Below, in pieces: positions 45,899-55,680 of a stretch of 64,000 nt of DNA. Source of the DNA: Eubacteriales bacterium (GTDB taxonomy: Bacteria > Bacillota > Clostridia > Oscillospirales > QAKW01); contig JAZNXL010000055.1 of assembly GCA_045593905.1 (NCBI GenBank), positions 2 through 64,001 of the forward strand, written 5' to 3'. Within the stretch, counting starts at the first letter, position 1. Each line of letters opens with the position of its first letter. The notes below the pieces were generated by a model that worked only from the letters and a program-made list of their open reading frames with translations, was not told where the DNA came from and did no database searches. The translations under genes and the position numbers were made by a program.

Positions 45899-47455
45899 TT
45901 GGTACAAAAGAGTAACAAAAAATTATATATCTATATAATTCTTGTAATGGCTGTACTTTTAACAAAAGTTCTTGGCCTGGTACGCGGAATACTCTTGTCT
46001 TCGTTTTATGGCACAGGTATTGAGGCGTCGGCATTTACTGCTGTTTCAAACCTCCCTCTTATTTTATTTGATGTAACCTTTGGCACTGCTATATCCTCCG
46101 CTTTTGTACCTGTTTTTAACGAAAAGTTATCAAAAGAGGGTAAACAATCGGCAAACAAGTTTGCAAGTAATTTTGTTGCTATTGTTCTTTTAATTTCATT
46201 TGTTTTAGTGGCTGTTGGCATAACTTTTCCAAAAGCCACCGTTATGCTTACTGCTTATGGTTTTGCTAACAACGCTCAGGCAATGTCGCTTGCGTCACAG
46301 TTGATTCAGATAATTATGCCGATAATGAGTATTGCATGTGCAACGTTTATTTTTATCGGTGTGCTTCAGTCGTATGGAGAATTTATTGCACCTGCACTTG
46401 TTTCTCTTTTTTCAAACATTTCAATGATTTTATATTTTGTTTGTCTTAATAAAAGGTTTGGTATAAAAGGCCTTGCTGTTTCTTTTGTTTTTGGCTGGCT
46501 TTTGCAGTTTTTGTTTTTGGTACCCTTTTTAATTAAGAAAAAGTTTAAATTTAGCTTTGTACTTGACTTTAAATCTCCTGATGTTAAAAAGGTTGTAATT
46601 TTAACTCTTCCGCTTTTTGTAGCGGCACTCGCTCAACCTGTAAATCAACTTATATCATCAAATATCAGCTCGTCTGTTTCTGATACAGGTGTTGCTACTG
46701 TTAACTACGCCTATAATGCCTATTACATTGTTGCAGGTGTTTTTGCTTACGCACTCACTAATATGTTCTTTCCTGAAATGTCAAGGTGCTTTGCGCGTGG
46801 CGATAAAAATACTGCTACAAAAATTTGTTCGAATATGCTTTCGAATATAACTGCAATAATTATGCCCGTTATGGCGTTTATGGGCGCTTGTTCATACGAT
46901 GTTATTAAAATTTTGTATGAACGCGGTAAATTTACATCTTACGATACCAAAAACGTTTCGATTTTGCTCGCTATTTATGTTGTGGGCATGATTTTTATTT
47001 CTTGGCAAGATATATTGAACAAATTTTTTTATTCAATGCAAAAATCGGTTTTGCCAATGATTTGTGCAGCTGTGGGCATAAGCGTTAATATTACTTGCTC
47101 ATTTTTGCTTACAAAAGTAATTGGCCTTGCAGGTCTTGCGGTGTCTACTGTTATTGCCGGTGCTGTTATGACATTGATGTTATCGGTATTTGCTCAAAAA
47201 ACCACCCTCACTATTTTTAATAAACAATTCTTTGCAGAGGTCTTAAAACTAATTACCTCTGGTGCTATCTCTTTTGCTGTTTGTAAAACAGTAAATACTT
47301 ATTTATATCTAGGCGACGGAATATTATGGCAAATTGCTGTGCTTGCTATTTCGTTTGTTTTATGCTTGGTTTCATATTTGTTGTCTCTTAAATTAATGAA
47401 ATCTGAAAGCCTAAGTGCATTACTTTGCTTAATTACAAGAAAGGGGGGTAAGTAA
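45899..47455 (+). CDS. murJ: MurJ/MviN family lipid II (or polysaccharide) flippase
   Basis: KVLGLVR...FYGTG..ASAF, SSAFVPVF, ILYERGKFT, FYSMQ; about 14 TM helices. Confidence 0.88.
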   Translation: MVQKSNKKLYIYIILVMAVLLTKVLGLVRGILLSSFYGTGIEASAFTAVSNLPLILFDVTFGTAISSAFVPVFNEKLSKEGKQSANKFASNFVAIVLLISFVLVAVGITFPKATVMLTAYGFANNAQAMSLASQLIQIIMPIMSIACATFIFIGVLQSYGEFIAPALVSLFSNISMILYFVCLNKRFGIKGLAVSFVFGWLLQFLFLVPFLIKKKFKFSFVLDFKSPDVKKVVILTLPLFVAALAQPVNQLISSNISSSVSDTGVATVNYAYNAYYIVAGVFAYALTNMFFPEMSRCFARGDKNTATKICSNMLSNITAIIMPVMAFMGACSYDVIKILYERGKFTSYDTKNVSILLAIYVVGMIFISWQDILNKFFYSMQKSVLPMICAAVGISVNITCSFLLTKVIGLAGLAVSTVIAGAVMTLMLSVFAQKTTLTIFNKQFFAEVLKLITSGAISFAVCKTVNTYLYLGDGILWQIAVLAISFVLCLVSYLLSLKLMKSESLSALLCLITRKGGK

Positions 47456-47456
47456 T

Positions 47457-49256
47457 ATGTTTAATAATTTACTTAAAATTATTAAAAACTCCTTTTTTGT
47501 AAAACTTGTTTTAAAGACTGCAAATATTATATCGGGCTGTTTTAAAAAGAGTTTGTTTTATTCTTTTTTCACAAAACATAATATGCAGGACTATGCTCAA
47601 AACAGCAAAATCGTAAGCCTTATTAAAAATATTAAATTTTTCGATTTTGTAAAGACAAGCAAAATAATTTCGGCTGTTGTAAGTCTTCCCAAATACGTTA
47701 TTTCAACACCAATACGTGTGTTTTCATTTTATTTGTTACCAAGCTCGCTTACACTGTTTTGCAAATATTTTGGCGATATACCTAAAATGATTGTTTTTGC
47801 CGCATTAACTATATTTGCAACAATACTATTCAGATTTAATTTTACTGTTAGTGACTTTATAAATTCTTCGCGTATATTAAAATCGTTTTGTTCGTTTTTT
47901 GAAATTAAGACTGATTACCCGATAAATACACACACCAAAAGGGTATATGCGCTTGCCTTGGTAACAGGTGCAATATGCGGAATAGCGTGTTTGTTGTTCG
48001 ATTTTAAAACAACTATTTTACTGTTTTTTGTATTTTTGTTTTTCCCGCTTTTGCTCGATTCGCCATTACTTTTAATTTGTTTAACTGTATTTAGCGGAAT
48101 TGTGTTATCGACTCTTCCGGCAACTGTTTTTTCGATACTTACATTTTTGGTTGTTGTTTGTAGAATAATCAAACAAAAAGAAAAAATCTTGCCAATAAGA
48201 CCAATTAATATTTTCGTGTTTCTTTATGCGGTTGTTGTCTTTTATCATATGCTATTTAATTACGGCGGAAAAGACAGCACTTTAGCAGCTGGAATACAAT
48301 TAGTTTTAATGCTTTTATTCTTTAGCGTTGTGACAGTAATTAATAACGCGCAAAAATTCAAAAAACTCATTTTTGCAATATCTGCAAGTTCAATTGTTAC
48401 TTCGGTTTATGGGTTATATCAGTTTATTTTTAATAAAAGCGGCACTGGTTGGAGTGATAATACCAATTTCGATGGCGGGCTTGGAAGAATAACTTCAACT
48501 TTTTCAAATCCAAATATATACGGTGAGTTTTTAATTATTATAATTTGCATTACACTGGTTTCGTTTTTTCTTTGTAAATCAAAGCTTGCAAAAGCTTTTA
48601 ATTTGATTTGCTTTGTATTACAGCTTGTAAATCTTGCTTTAACTTATTCCCGTGGCTGTTATATTGCCGTAGTCATTGCTATTTTAATTGTAGTTTGGTA
48701 CTTCAACAAAAAACTGCTGTGGTTTGGCGTGCTTGCGCTTCCTGTAATTCCGTATGTTTTACCTCAAAATATGCTTACCCGAATTTTGAGTATGGGTGAC
48801 TATTTAAAGGATACATCAGTAACGTACAGGCAAAATATATGGACGGCATCGTTAAATATCATTAAAAATCATTGGTATGTCGGTTCGGGTGTTGGCTCGA
48901 CTGCGTTCACTGCTTTTTATCAGCAATATATGTACCCCGGTATAGAAGCTCAACACTCGCATAACTGGTTTATGCAGCTTACAATTGAATTAAGCGTTGT
49001 TGGCCTTGCGTTGTTATTACTTATATTTATTTTTACACTCAAAGATATAAGCAATGCGGTCAAAAACAGTAGCGATAAAAATATTAAACTGATTTTGATA
49101 CCGCTAATTGCTGCTTTTGTTGGGCTTATGTTTGAGGGGCTTGTTGATTATATATTCTATAACAACATAGTTTTTATGTGCTTTTGGTTATTGCTTGCGC
49201 TTATTGTGTGCTCGTTAAATATCTTTCAAGAGGTGAGTTTAAATGAGAAAGTATAA
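47457..49256 (+). CDS. O-antigen ligase (Wzy_C) family membrane protein
   Basis: RITSTFSNPN, LTYSRG, R..IW, GSGVG, HSHNWFMQL..ELSVVG. Confidence 0.88.
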   Translation: MFNNLLKIIKNSFFVKLVLKTANIISGCFKKSLFYSFFTKHNMQDYAQNSKIVSLIKNIKFFDFVKTSKIISAVVSLPKYVISTPIRVFSFYLLPSSLTLFCKYFGDIPKMIVFAALTIFATILFRFNFTVSDFINSSRILKSFCSFFEIKTDYPINTHTKRVYALALVTGAICGIACLLFDFKTTILLFFVFLFFPLLLDSPLLLICLTVFSGIVLSTLPATVFSILTFLVVVCRIIKQKEKILPIRPINIFVFLYAVVVFYHMLFNYGGKDSTLAAGIQLVLMLLFFSVVTVINNAQKFKKLIFAISASSIVTSVYGLYQFIFNKSGTGWSDNTNFDGGLGRITSTFSNPNIYGEFLIIIICITLVSFFLCKSKLAKAFNLICFVLQLVNLALTYSRGCYIAVVIAILIVVWYFNKKLLWFGVLALPVIPYVLPQNMLTRILSMGDYLKDTSVTYRQNIWTASLNIIKNHWYVGSGVGSTAFTAFYQQYMYPGIEAQHSHNWFMQLTIELSVVGLALLLLIFIFTLKDISNAVKNSSDKNIKLILIPLIAAFVGLMFEGLVDYIFYNNIVFMCFWLLLALIVCSLNIFQEVSLNEKV

Positions 49257-49737
49257 AATTTTTAATACTATACCCATATTTGATGTTATACTTGTTGTAG
49301 TTATTGCTTTGGCGGCTTTTGCAGGGTATAAGATTTTTGCGGCTGACAAAACTGCAAGTCCTATTAAACAAGCCGAACAAAAAACAATAAGATACACTAT
49401 TGAGTTTGAAAATGTTTCAAACGAAGTTGTAACAACCGTTGAATCAGGACAAAAAGTACGCGATTTGATAACTAATGTTGAAATGGGCAGTGTGGTGTCT
49501 TTTGAAAGCTATCCCTATGTGCAAAGAGAAATGAATATGCAAACAGGTGAACTTACCCAAACTGTATATCAGGACAGAAAGAGCGTAAAGGTGATTGTTG
49601 AAGCAATTGCGGATGTAACTGAGCGAGGTACATCAATAAACAATGTTAACTTTGGTCTTGGACGTGCTTATAAATTCACATTGCCCGGACTTTCAGGAGA
49701 TGCAATAGTCAGAAACATTGAGGAGGTCGAGATTTAA
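49243..49737 (+). CDS. DUF4330-like membrane-anchored protein
   Basis: IFDVILVVV N-terminal anchor, then a GQKV.D....MGSV beta domain; paralogue of the next gene. Confidence 0.6.
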   Translation: MRKYKIFNTIPIFDVILVVVIALAAFAGYKIFAADKTASPIKQAEQKTIRYTIEFENVSNEVVTTVESGQKVRDLITNVEMGSVVSFESYPYVQREMNMQTGELTQTVYQDRKSVKVIVEAIADVTERGTSINNVNFGLGRAYKFTLPGLSGDAIVRNIEEVEI

Positions 49738-50234
49738 TGAAATTGATTGACTCTAAAGGCAAACTTTTTGGAAAGATAAGCGTTATTGACATTATTATTG
49801 TTTTATGTATTGCTTTTCTGCTTTTAACTATGGTGTTGAATATTTTTAAACAAGAAAGTGCGCCTGTTTCTTCGGTAAATGATACTGAATATACTACAAC
49901 ACTCAAAGCTTATAATTTGTATAAACCATATACTCAACCGTTCAAAGTGGGCGATAGTGTGTATTCAACAGCAGGTACACTTATTGGTGAAATTGTCAAC
50001 GTTGAGGAAAAGGTATCATATGCTAAAATGAAGCTAAGTGACGGCAGATACACAGATTTTAGTTATGGCGATTTAATTAATTATTACATTACCGTTAAAG
50101 GTGTCGGTTCAAAAACCGATGCAGGAATTAAAGCTGATGGCGTATTTTCGTTACTACCAAATAGCAATATTATGATTACATCAAAGCTCTATTATGGCAA
50201 TGCTGTTGTTTTAAGTGTCGAAAAAACAAACTAA
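49737..50234 (+). CDS. DUF4330 family protein
   Basis: MKLIDSKGKLFGKISVIDI N-terminus characteristic of DUF4330. Confidence 0.75.
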   Translation: MKLIDSKGKLFGKISVIDIIIVLCIAFLLLTMVLNIFKQESAPVSSVNDTEYTTTLKAYNLYKPYTQPFKVGDSVYSTAGTLIGEIVNVEEKVSYAKMKLSDGRYTDFSYGDLINYYITVKGVGSKTDAGIKADGVFSLLPNSNIMITSKLYYGNAVVLSVEKTN

Positions 50235-50339
50235 TTTCATTTAGCTTTGTTGCAAAATGCCAAAAGTGATTATTTTCTATTGACTTGTTGAGATTAATAA
50301 TATAAGATAATAGTATATTTTGATTAGGGAGGATTACCT

Positions 50340-50603
50340 ATGTACTCCAAAGAGGTAACAGTTACAAATAATGTTGGACTTCATGCAAGACCGGCTACAT
50401 TTTTTATTCAAAAATCAAACGAATTTAAAAGCTCTATTTGGGTTGATAAAGGTGATAGACGCATTAACGCAAAAAGCTTACTTGGTATTTTATCACTTGG
50501 CATTGTAAAAGGTACTAACATCAAAATCATTGCGGATGGTGTTGATGAAGAAGCAGCAGTTGAATCGCTCATCAATCTTATCGAAAACGAGTTGACCGAC
50601 TAA
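50340..50603 (+). CDS. ptsH: Phosphocarrier protein HPr
   Basis: GLHARPA (His15), NAKSLLG (Ser46), ADGVDE. Confidence 0.93.
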   Translation: MYSKEVTVTNNVGLHARPATFFIQKSNEFKSSIWVDKGDRRINAKSLLGILSLGIVKGTNIKIIADGVDEEAAVESLINLIENELTD

Positions 50604-50657
50604 AAAACACATCGGACGGATATACTCCGTCCGATTTTTATTTAAAGGAGAATTAAC

Positions 50658-51311
50658 ATGAATATTTTATCACCATCAATTTTATCAGCTGACTTTGCAA
50701 ACCTTGAACGCGATATTAATATTACTGCCAAAGCAGGCTCTGAATACATACATATCGATGTTATGGACGGGCACTTTGTTCCTAATATGTCGCTTGGCTT
50801 TCAAACAATCGCAAGTATTAAAAAGGTTTGTGATAAAGTTTTAGACGTTCATCTTATGATTGAAAAACCCGAGCGTTACATCGAGCGTTTTGCAAAAGCA
50901 GGCTCTGATATTATTACAATTCATTACGAAGCTACAGCTGATGTTAAGGCGGCAATTGACCTTATTCACAGCTTTGGTGTAAAAGCAGGTCTTGTAATAA
51001 AGCCCGGTACCGATGTACATGTATTTGACGAATTTATAAACGACATTGAACTTGCTCTTATTATGACTGTTGAGCCCGGTTTTGGCGGTCAAAAGTTTAT
51101 GCCCGATATGCTTGAAAAGGTAAAATACTTAAGCAAAGTAAAAAAAGAACGCGGTCTTGATTTTGATATTGAAATTGACGGCGGTGTTGACCTTGCCAAC
51201 GTTAAAACATCAATAGAAGCAGGCGCTAACGTTTTTGTGGCTGGTTCTGCTGTATTTAACGGCGATATTGAACAAAACACTAAAGCATTTATGAGTATTT
51301 TAAACTCTTAG
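50658..51311 (+). CDS. rpe: Ribulose-phosphate 3-epimerase
   Basis: SPSILSADF, HIDVMDGHFVPN, DVHLM, MTVEPGFGGQ, IDGG. Confidence 0.97.
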   Translation: MNILSPSILSADFANLERDINITAKAGSEYIHIDVMDGHFVPNMSLGFQTIASIKKVCDKVLDVHLMIEKPERYIERFAKAGSDIITIHYEATADVKAAIDLIHSFGVKAGLVIKPGTDVHVFDEFINDIELALIMTVEPGFGGQKFMPDMLEKVKYLSKVKKERGLDFDIEIDGGVDLANVKTSIEAGANVFVAGSAVFNGDIEQNTKAFMSILNS

Positions 51312-51322
51312 GAGATGGAATA

Positions 51323-52003
51323 ATGCAAGGTTCTGATTTTCCCAGAATTATTACTCACTTGCGTAAGCAAAAAGGCGTTTCACAAAAACAAGCCGCCGAT
51401 AGCCTCGGCGTTTCACAGTCGCTTTTGTCACACTACGAAAAAGGCGTAAGAGAATGCGGTCACTTGTTTCTTGTAAGGGCTGCCGACTATTACGGTGTTA
51501 CTGTTGATTATTTATTGGGTCGCAGTTACGACAAAAACGGCAATAATATTTCAGTTGACGATTTACCCGATGAAGATAGTGCAGGAAAAGGTAATGTTGG
51601 TGTTAAAAGCCTGCTTTTAACACTTAATAAAAAATTAATTTGCAACTCTGTTTCGTTACTGTTTGATGTTTTATCAAAAATAAACAATAAATCTTTAACA
51701 AACGAAATATCTTCTTTTTTGTCAATAAGTGTTTATAAGGCTTTTAGGCTTTTGTATAACGCCAATCATAACAATCCTCAAACATTTTTTGGCGACGACG
51801 AGAGTGAGTTTGTTTATATGAGCGATGCTTCAATTAATTCGTCACTTGCAACATCTGCCAAAATACTGAAAGATAAAACTGTTTCAGTTAATGTCCCTTC
51901 ACTTGACGAGTCTTCTATTAAAAATGATTATCCTACGTTTGCAGCATCGTTTTTTAACTTGTTGCAAAATGTCGAAAACAAAATCGGTGCACGTAAAAAG
52001 TAA
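51323..52003 (+). CDS. XRE-family helix-turn-helix protein
   Basis: LRKQKGVSQKQAADSLGVSQSLLSHYEKG.RE...VTVDYLLGR. Confidence 0.85.
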   Translation: MQGSDFPRIITHLRKQKGVSQKQAADSLGVSQSLLSHYEKGVRECGHLFLVRAADYYGVTVDYLLGRSYDKNGNNISVDDLPDEDSAGKGNVGVKSLLLTLNKKLICNSVSLLFDVLSKINNKSLTNEISSFLSISVYKAFRLLYNANHNNPQTFFGDDESEFVYMSDASINSSLATSAKILKDKTVSVNVPSLDESSIKNDYPTFAASFFNLLQNVENKIGARKK

Positions 52004-52186
52004 AATTTAATAATTAAACATCAAATTTATCAAAGTCATAACAAAAAAATGTTATGACTTTGTTTATTTTATAATAAAATTACTTGAAATATAAAAATAT
52101 ATGTATTATAATTAATGCAAGTTACATAAAAATTTTAGTAAATACAAATAATTTTTGTGTAAAAAACACTTAAGGAGAAACCCACA

Positions 52187-54247
52187 ATGGAATATCTTGC
52201 AAAAAACATCAGAAACGTGTGTCTTATGGGGCACAAAGGCTACGGAAAAACAACTTTAACTGAGGCTATGCTTTTCTTTTCGAAAGCAACAGACAGACTC
52301 GGTAAGATTGAGCAGGGTAATACCATTAGTGACTTTGACGCAGAAGAAATTAAACGTAAAATCTCAATTTCACTTTCTGTAAATCCTTTTACATATAAAA
52401 ATACTAAAATCAATTTAATCGATACACCCGGCTTTTACGATTTTGAAGGCGAACAAAACTCGGCTTTAAGCGCTGTTGATACTGCTATAATCGTTGTTAC
52501 TTCAAAAACAACTGTTTCGGTTGGTACCGAAAAAGCTATGCTTAAATGCCGCTTGCAAAACAAACCTGTTATCTTTTTCAACCTTGGTCTTGATGACGAA
52601 AACGCCGACTTTTATAAAACACTTTCTCAACTTTATGATAAATTTGGTGAATCAAATATTGTTCCCGCACAGCTTCCCATTATTGAGGGCGGCAAGTTTG
52701 TAGGTGCGGTTGACGTTTTAGACGGAAAAGGCTATAAATTTAACGCCGACGGTACACACACCGCTTGCGATGCACCTGCTGATGTCGCTGAAAAGGCAGA
52801 AGAGTATCGCTCAAAAATGCTCGAGCTAATTGCTGAAACCGACGAAGATTTAATGACTAAATTCTTCGACGACGAGCCGTTTACTGCAGAAGAACTTAAT
52901 ACAGGTATTAAAAACGCAATTATGCAAAGAACAATGTTCCCTGTATTTTTAGGCGTTCCTACACAAATGCTCGGCATTGGTAAATTTATTGAATTTATTT
53001 GCGAGCATTTACCGTCGCCGGCAGATGTTGGTCCTATTATGGCAGGGGAAGAAAAAATTGAGTGCGACGAAAATAAAGGCACTGTTTTAAGAGTGTTCAA
53101 AACAATTGCTGACCCGTTTGTTGGTAAACTTTCTTTCTATAGAATTTATTCAGGTAAAGTTCGCCGTGATGAAACATATACAAACACCGCTAATGATGAA
53201 AAAGAAAAAATCGCTCACGTTTATACTCCGTTTGGTAAAAAACAGGTTGAGGTTGATTGCTTGAATGCGGGTGATATCGGTGTGTTTACAAAGCTTAATA
53301 GCACAAAAACATCTGATACACTTTGCTCTAAAGATATTAATGTTTCGCTCTCGCGCATCGCGTTCCCTGTACCTAACTTTTCAAAAGCAACCATGCCAAA
53401 GAAAAAAGGCGACGAAGAAAAAATCTCTCTTGGTATTAAAAAGCTTATGGAAGAAGACCCCACATTGAAGCTTGTTAATAATACCGAGACTAAGCAACAG
53501 GTTCTTTACGGTATGGGCGATATGCAGCTTGATATCGTAAGTTCAAAGCTTGCTTCAAAGTTCCAGGCTGAAATGGAGCTAAAGGACGCAACTGTTGCGT
53601 ATAGAGAAACAATTAAAAAGAAGGTTAAAGTTCAGGGTAAACATAAAAAACAATCGGGCGGTCATGGTCAATATGGCGACGTTTGGATTGAGTTTGAGCC
53701 TTGCTACGATAGTGAGTTTGTATTTGCTGAAAGCGTATTTGGCGGCTCGGTTCCTAAAAACTTTTTCCCTGCTGTAGAAAAAGGCCTTCGCGATAGTATC
53801 AAAAAAGGCGTTTTAGCAGGTTATCCTGTTACCAATATTAAGGCAACACTTGTTGATGGCTCATATCATCCCGTTGACTCGTCTGAAATGGCGTTTAAAA
53901 CAGCCGCTTCAATAGCGTTTAAAGAGGGTATGAAACAGGCATCTCCTGCGCTTTTAGAGCCGATAGGCACATTGTCAGTTAATGTTTCTGACAAACTTAT
54001 GGGCGATATTATTGGCGACATCAATAAACGCAGAGGTCAGGTTCTTTCGATGGATAACGTTGAAAACGAACGCGGTAGAAAGCTCGTTGTAGCAAACGTA
54101 CCTATGAGCGAACTTTCTTCGTATGCTATGGACCTTCGTAGCATGACTCACGGCAGAGCGTCGTTTACTCTTGAATTTTTAGAGTATCGTGAAGCTCCCT
54201 CAAATATCGTTGCAAAAGTAATTGCCCAAGCAGAAAAAGAAGAATAG
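52187..54247 (+). CDS. Elongation factor G paralogue (EF-G2-like)
   Basis: DPFVGKL, EEDPT, HKKQSGGHGQY, DGSYHPVDSSEMAF, LLEPI; divergent G motifs (GHKGYGKTT, DTPGF). Confidence 0.9.
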   Translation: MEYLAKNIRNVCLMGHKGYGKTTLTEAMLFFSKATDRLGKIEQGNTISDFDAEEIKRKISISLSVNPFTYKNTKINLIDTPGFYDFEGEQNSALSAVDTAIIVVTSKTTVSVGTEKAMLKCRLQNKPVIFFNLGLDDENADFYKTLSQLYDKFGESNIVPAQLPIIEGGKFVGAVDVLDGKGYKFNADGTHTACDAPADVAEKAEEYRSKMLELIAETDEDLMTKFFDDEPFTAEELNTGIKNAIMQRTMFPVFLGVPTQMLGIGKFIEFICEHLPSPADVGPIMAGEEKIECDENKGTVLRVFKTIADPFVGKLSFYRIYSGKVRRDETYTNTANDEKEKIAHVYTPFGKKQVEVDCLNAGDIGVFTKLNSTKTSDTLCSKDINVSLSRIAFPVPNFSKATMPKKKGDEEKISLGIKKLMEEDPTLKLVNNTETKQQVLYGMGDMQLDIVSSKLASKFQAEMELKDATVAYRETIKKKVKVQGKHKKQSGGHGQYGDVWIEFEPCYDSEFVFAESVFGGSVPKNFFPAVEKGLRDSIKKGVLAGYPVTNIKATLVDGSYHPVDSSEMAFKTAASIAFKEGMKQASPALLEPIGTLSVNVSDKLMGDIIGDINKRRGQVLSMDNVENERGRKLVVANVPMSELSSYAMDLRSMTHGRASFTLEFLEYREAPSNIVAKVIAQAEKEE

Positions 54248-54298
54248 TCATAATAAGCGGCACACCCGAATAATATTTATTAAAGTATTATAAAGGTT

Positions 54299-54772
54299 GT
54301 GCCGCTTATGTATATTGTTTCGGTTAAATTCAGTTTAAAAAAGTTTTTGTGTTGTGTGGCAGCATTTTGTGTGGTTATTGCTATTGCATGTGCTTTTATA
54401 CCACAAAGGTCAAGTGATGTTTTGAGTTCTAAAGCTGACACTACTGCCAAAACAACTCAGGACCATATTGATTTTTTAAAAGAGTATGGTTATAATGTTG
54501 GTGATAAACCGATTCAAATACAAGAAATTATTATTCCGCAAGAATTTAGCGCCGAATATGAACAGTATAACAATTACCAAAAACTTTCGGGGTTTGATTT
54601 ATCTAAATACAAAGGTCAGCGTGTAAAAAAATACACTTACAAGGTGACTGACTATAAAGATTCTGATGACGAGGTTGTTGCCAACATATATCTATATAAT
54701 GAAAAAGTTATTGGCGGAGACATTAGTTCGACAACACTCGGTGGCTTTGTTCATGGTTTTATAAAAGAATAA
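54299..54772 (+). CDS. DUF4830 family protein
   Basis: IIPQEF...YEQYN..QK.SGFDLSKYKG..VKKYTY...VIGGDI. Confidence 0.75.
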   Translation: MPLMYIVSVKFSLKKFLCCVAAFCVVIAIACAFIPQRSSDVLSSKADTTAKTTQDHIDFLKEYGYNVGDKPIQIQEIIIPQEFSAEYEQYNNYQKLSGFDLSKYKGQRVKKYTYKVTDYKDSDDEVVANIYLYNEKVIGGDISSTTLGGFVHGFIKE

Positions 54773-54812
54773 TACTGCGGTTTTTCCGCAGTTTTTTATT
54801 TAAAGGTGAAAT

Positions 54813-55532
54813 ATGAGAATTGATAAGTATATTTGTGATACTGTAAACATTACAAGAACGCAGGTTAAAAGTAAAATATCCAAGGGTTGTGTTTTTGCAA
54901 ATGGCGAACGTGTTAAAACATCGTCTTTGCAAATAGATGAAAAAACTGCGACTGTTGTAATGGATGGACAAACAATTGTCTATAATAAATTTATATATAT
55001 TATGATGAATAAACCCGCAGGTGTCATAAGTGCCTCGAGCGACAAAAAGGCTGTTACTGCGATTGATTTGCTAAAACCCGAGGACAAGCACAAAGATTTA
55101 TTTGTGGCGGGCAGACTTGATAAAGATACAACAGGTTTTTTGTTTATAACGAACGATGGGAATTTAGCCCACAATATTTTGTCACCGAAAAAACATATTA
55201 ATAAGACTTATCTTGTTACTCTTGAGCAAAGTATTAAAAGTGAGTATAAACAGGCGTTTGCATCGGGTGTTGTTCTTTTAGATGGCTATGAATGTAAAAG
55301 CGCTGTGTTCGAGCAGCTGAGTCAAAACGTTTGTACTCTTGAGATTGTCGAGGGTAAGTTTCATCAGGTAAAACGTATGTTTGAGGCGTTGGGAAACAAA
55401 GTGATAAAATTAAAACGCATAAAAATGTGCGATATTGAACTTGATTGCAGTTTAGCCGAGGGTGAATATAGACGGTTTTATCCTTGCGAAATTGAACAAA
55501 TTGTTAACAAAATAAACAAAAATACCCGATAA
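54813..55532 (+). CDS. rsuA: RsuA-family pseudouridine synthase
   Basis: MRIDKY S4 domain, NKPAG, GRLDKDTTG, EGKFHQVKRM. Confidence 0.88.
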   Translation: MRIDKYICDTVNITRTQVKSKISKGCVFANGERVKTSSLQIDEKTATVVMDGQTIVYNKFIYIMMNKPAGVISASSDKKAVTAIDLLKPEDKHKDLFVAGRLDKDTTGFLFITNDGNLAHNILSPKKHINKTYLVTLEQSIKSEYKQAFASGVVLLDGYECKSAVFEQLSQNVCTLEIVEGKFHQVKRMFEALGNKVIKLKRIKMCDIELDCSLAEGEYRRFYPCEIEQIVNKINKNTR

Positions 55533-55680
55533 TTTTTTTATTTGGTGTCATTTTAGTTTATTTTGCACAAAAAAATTGCATTTTTTTTGTAAAAAAAATC
55601 ATTTGATTTTTATACAGGTTTGTATTAATATATAATAGAAATATAAAATGAATTATAATGTGACGTAGGAGGAACATTTA

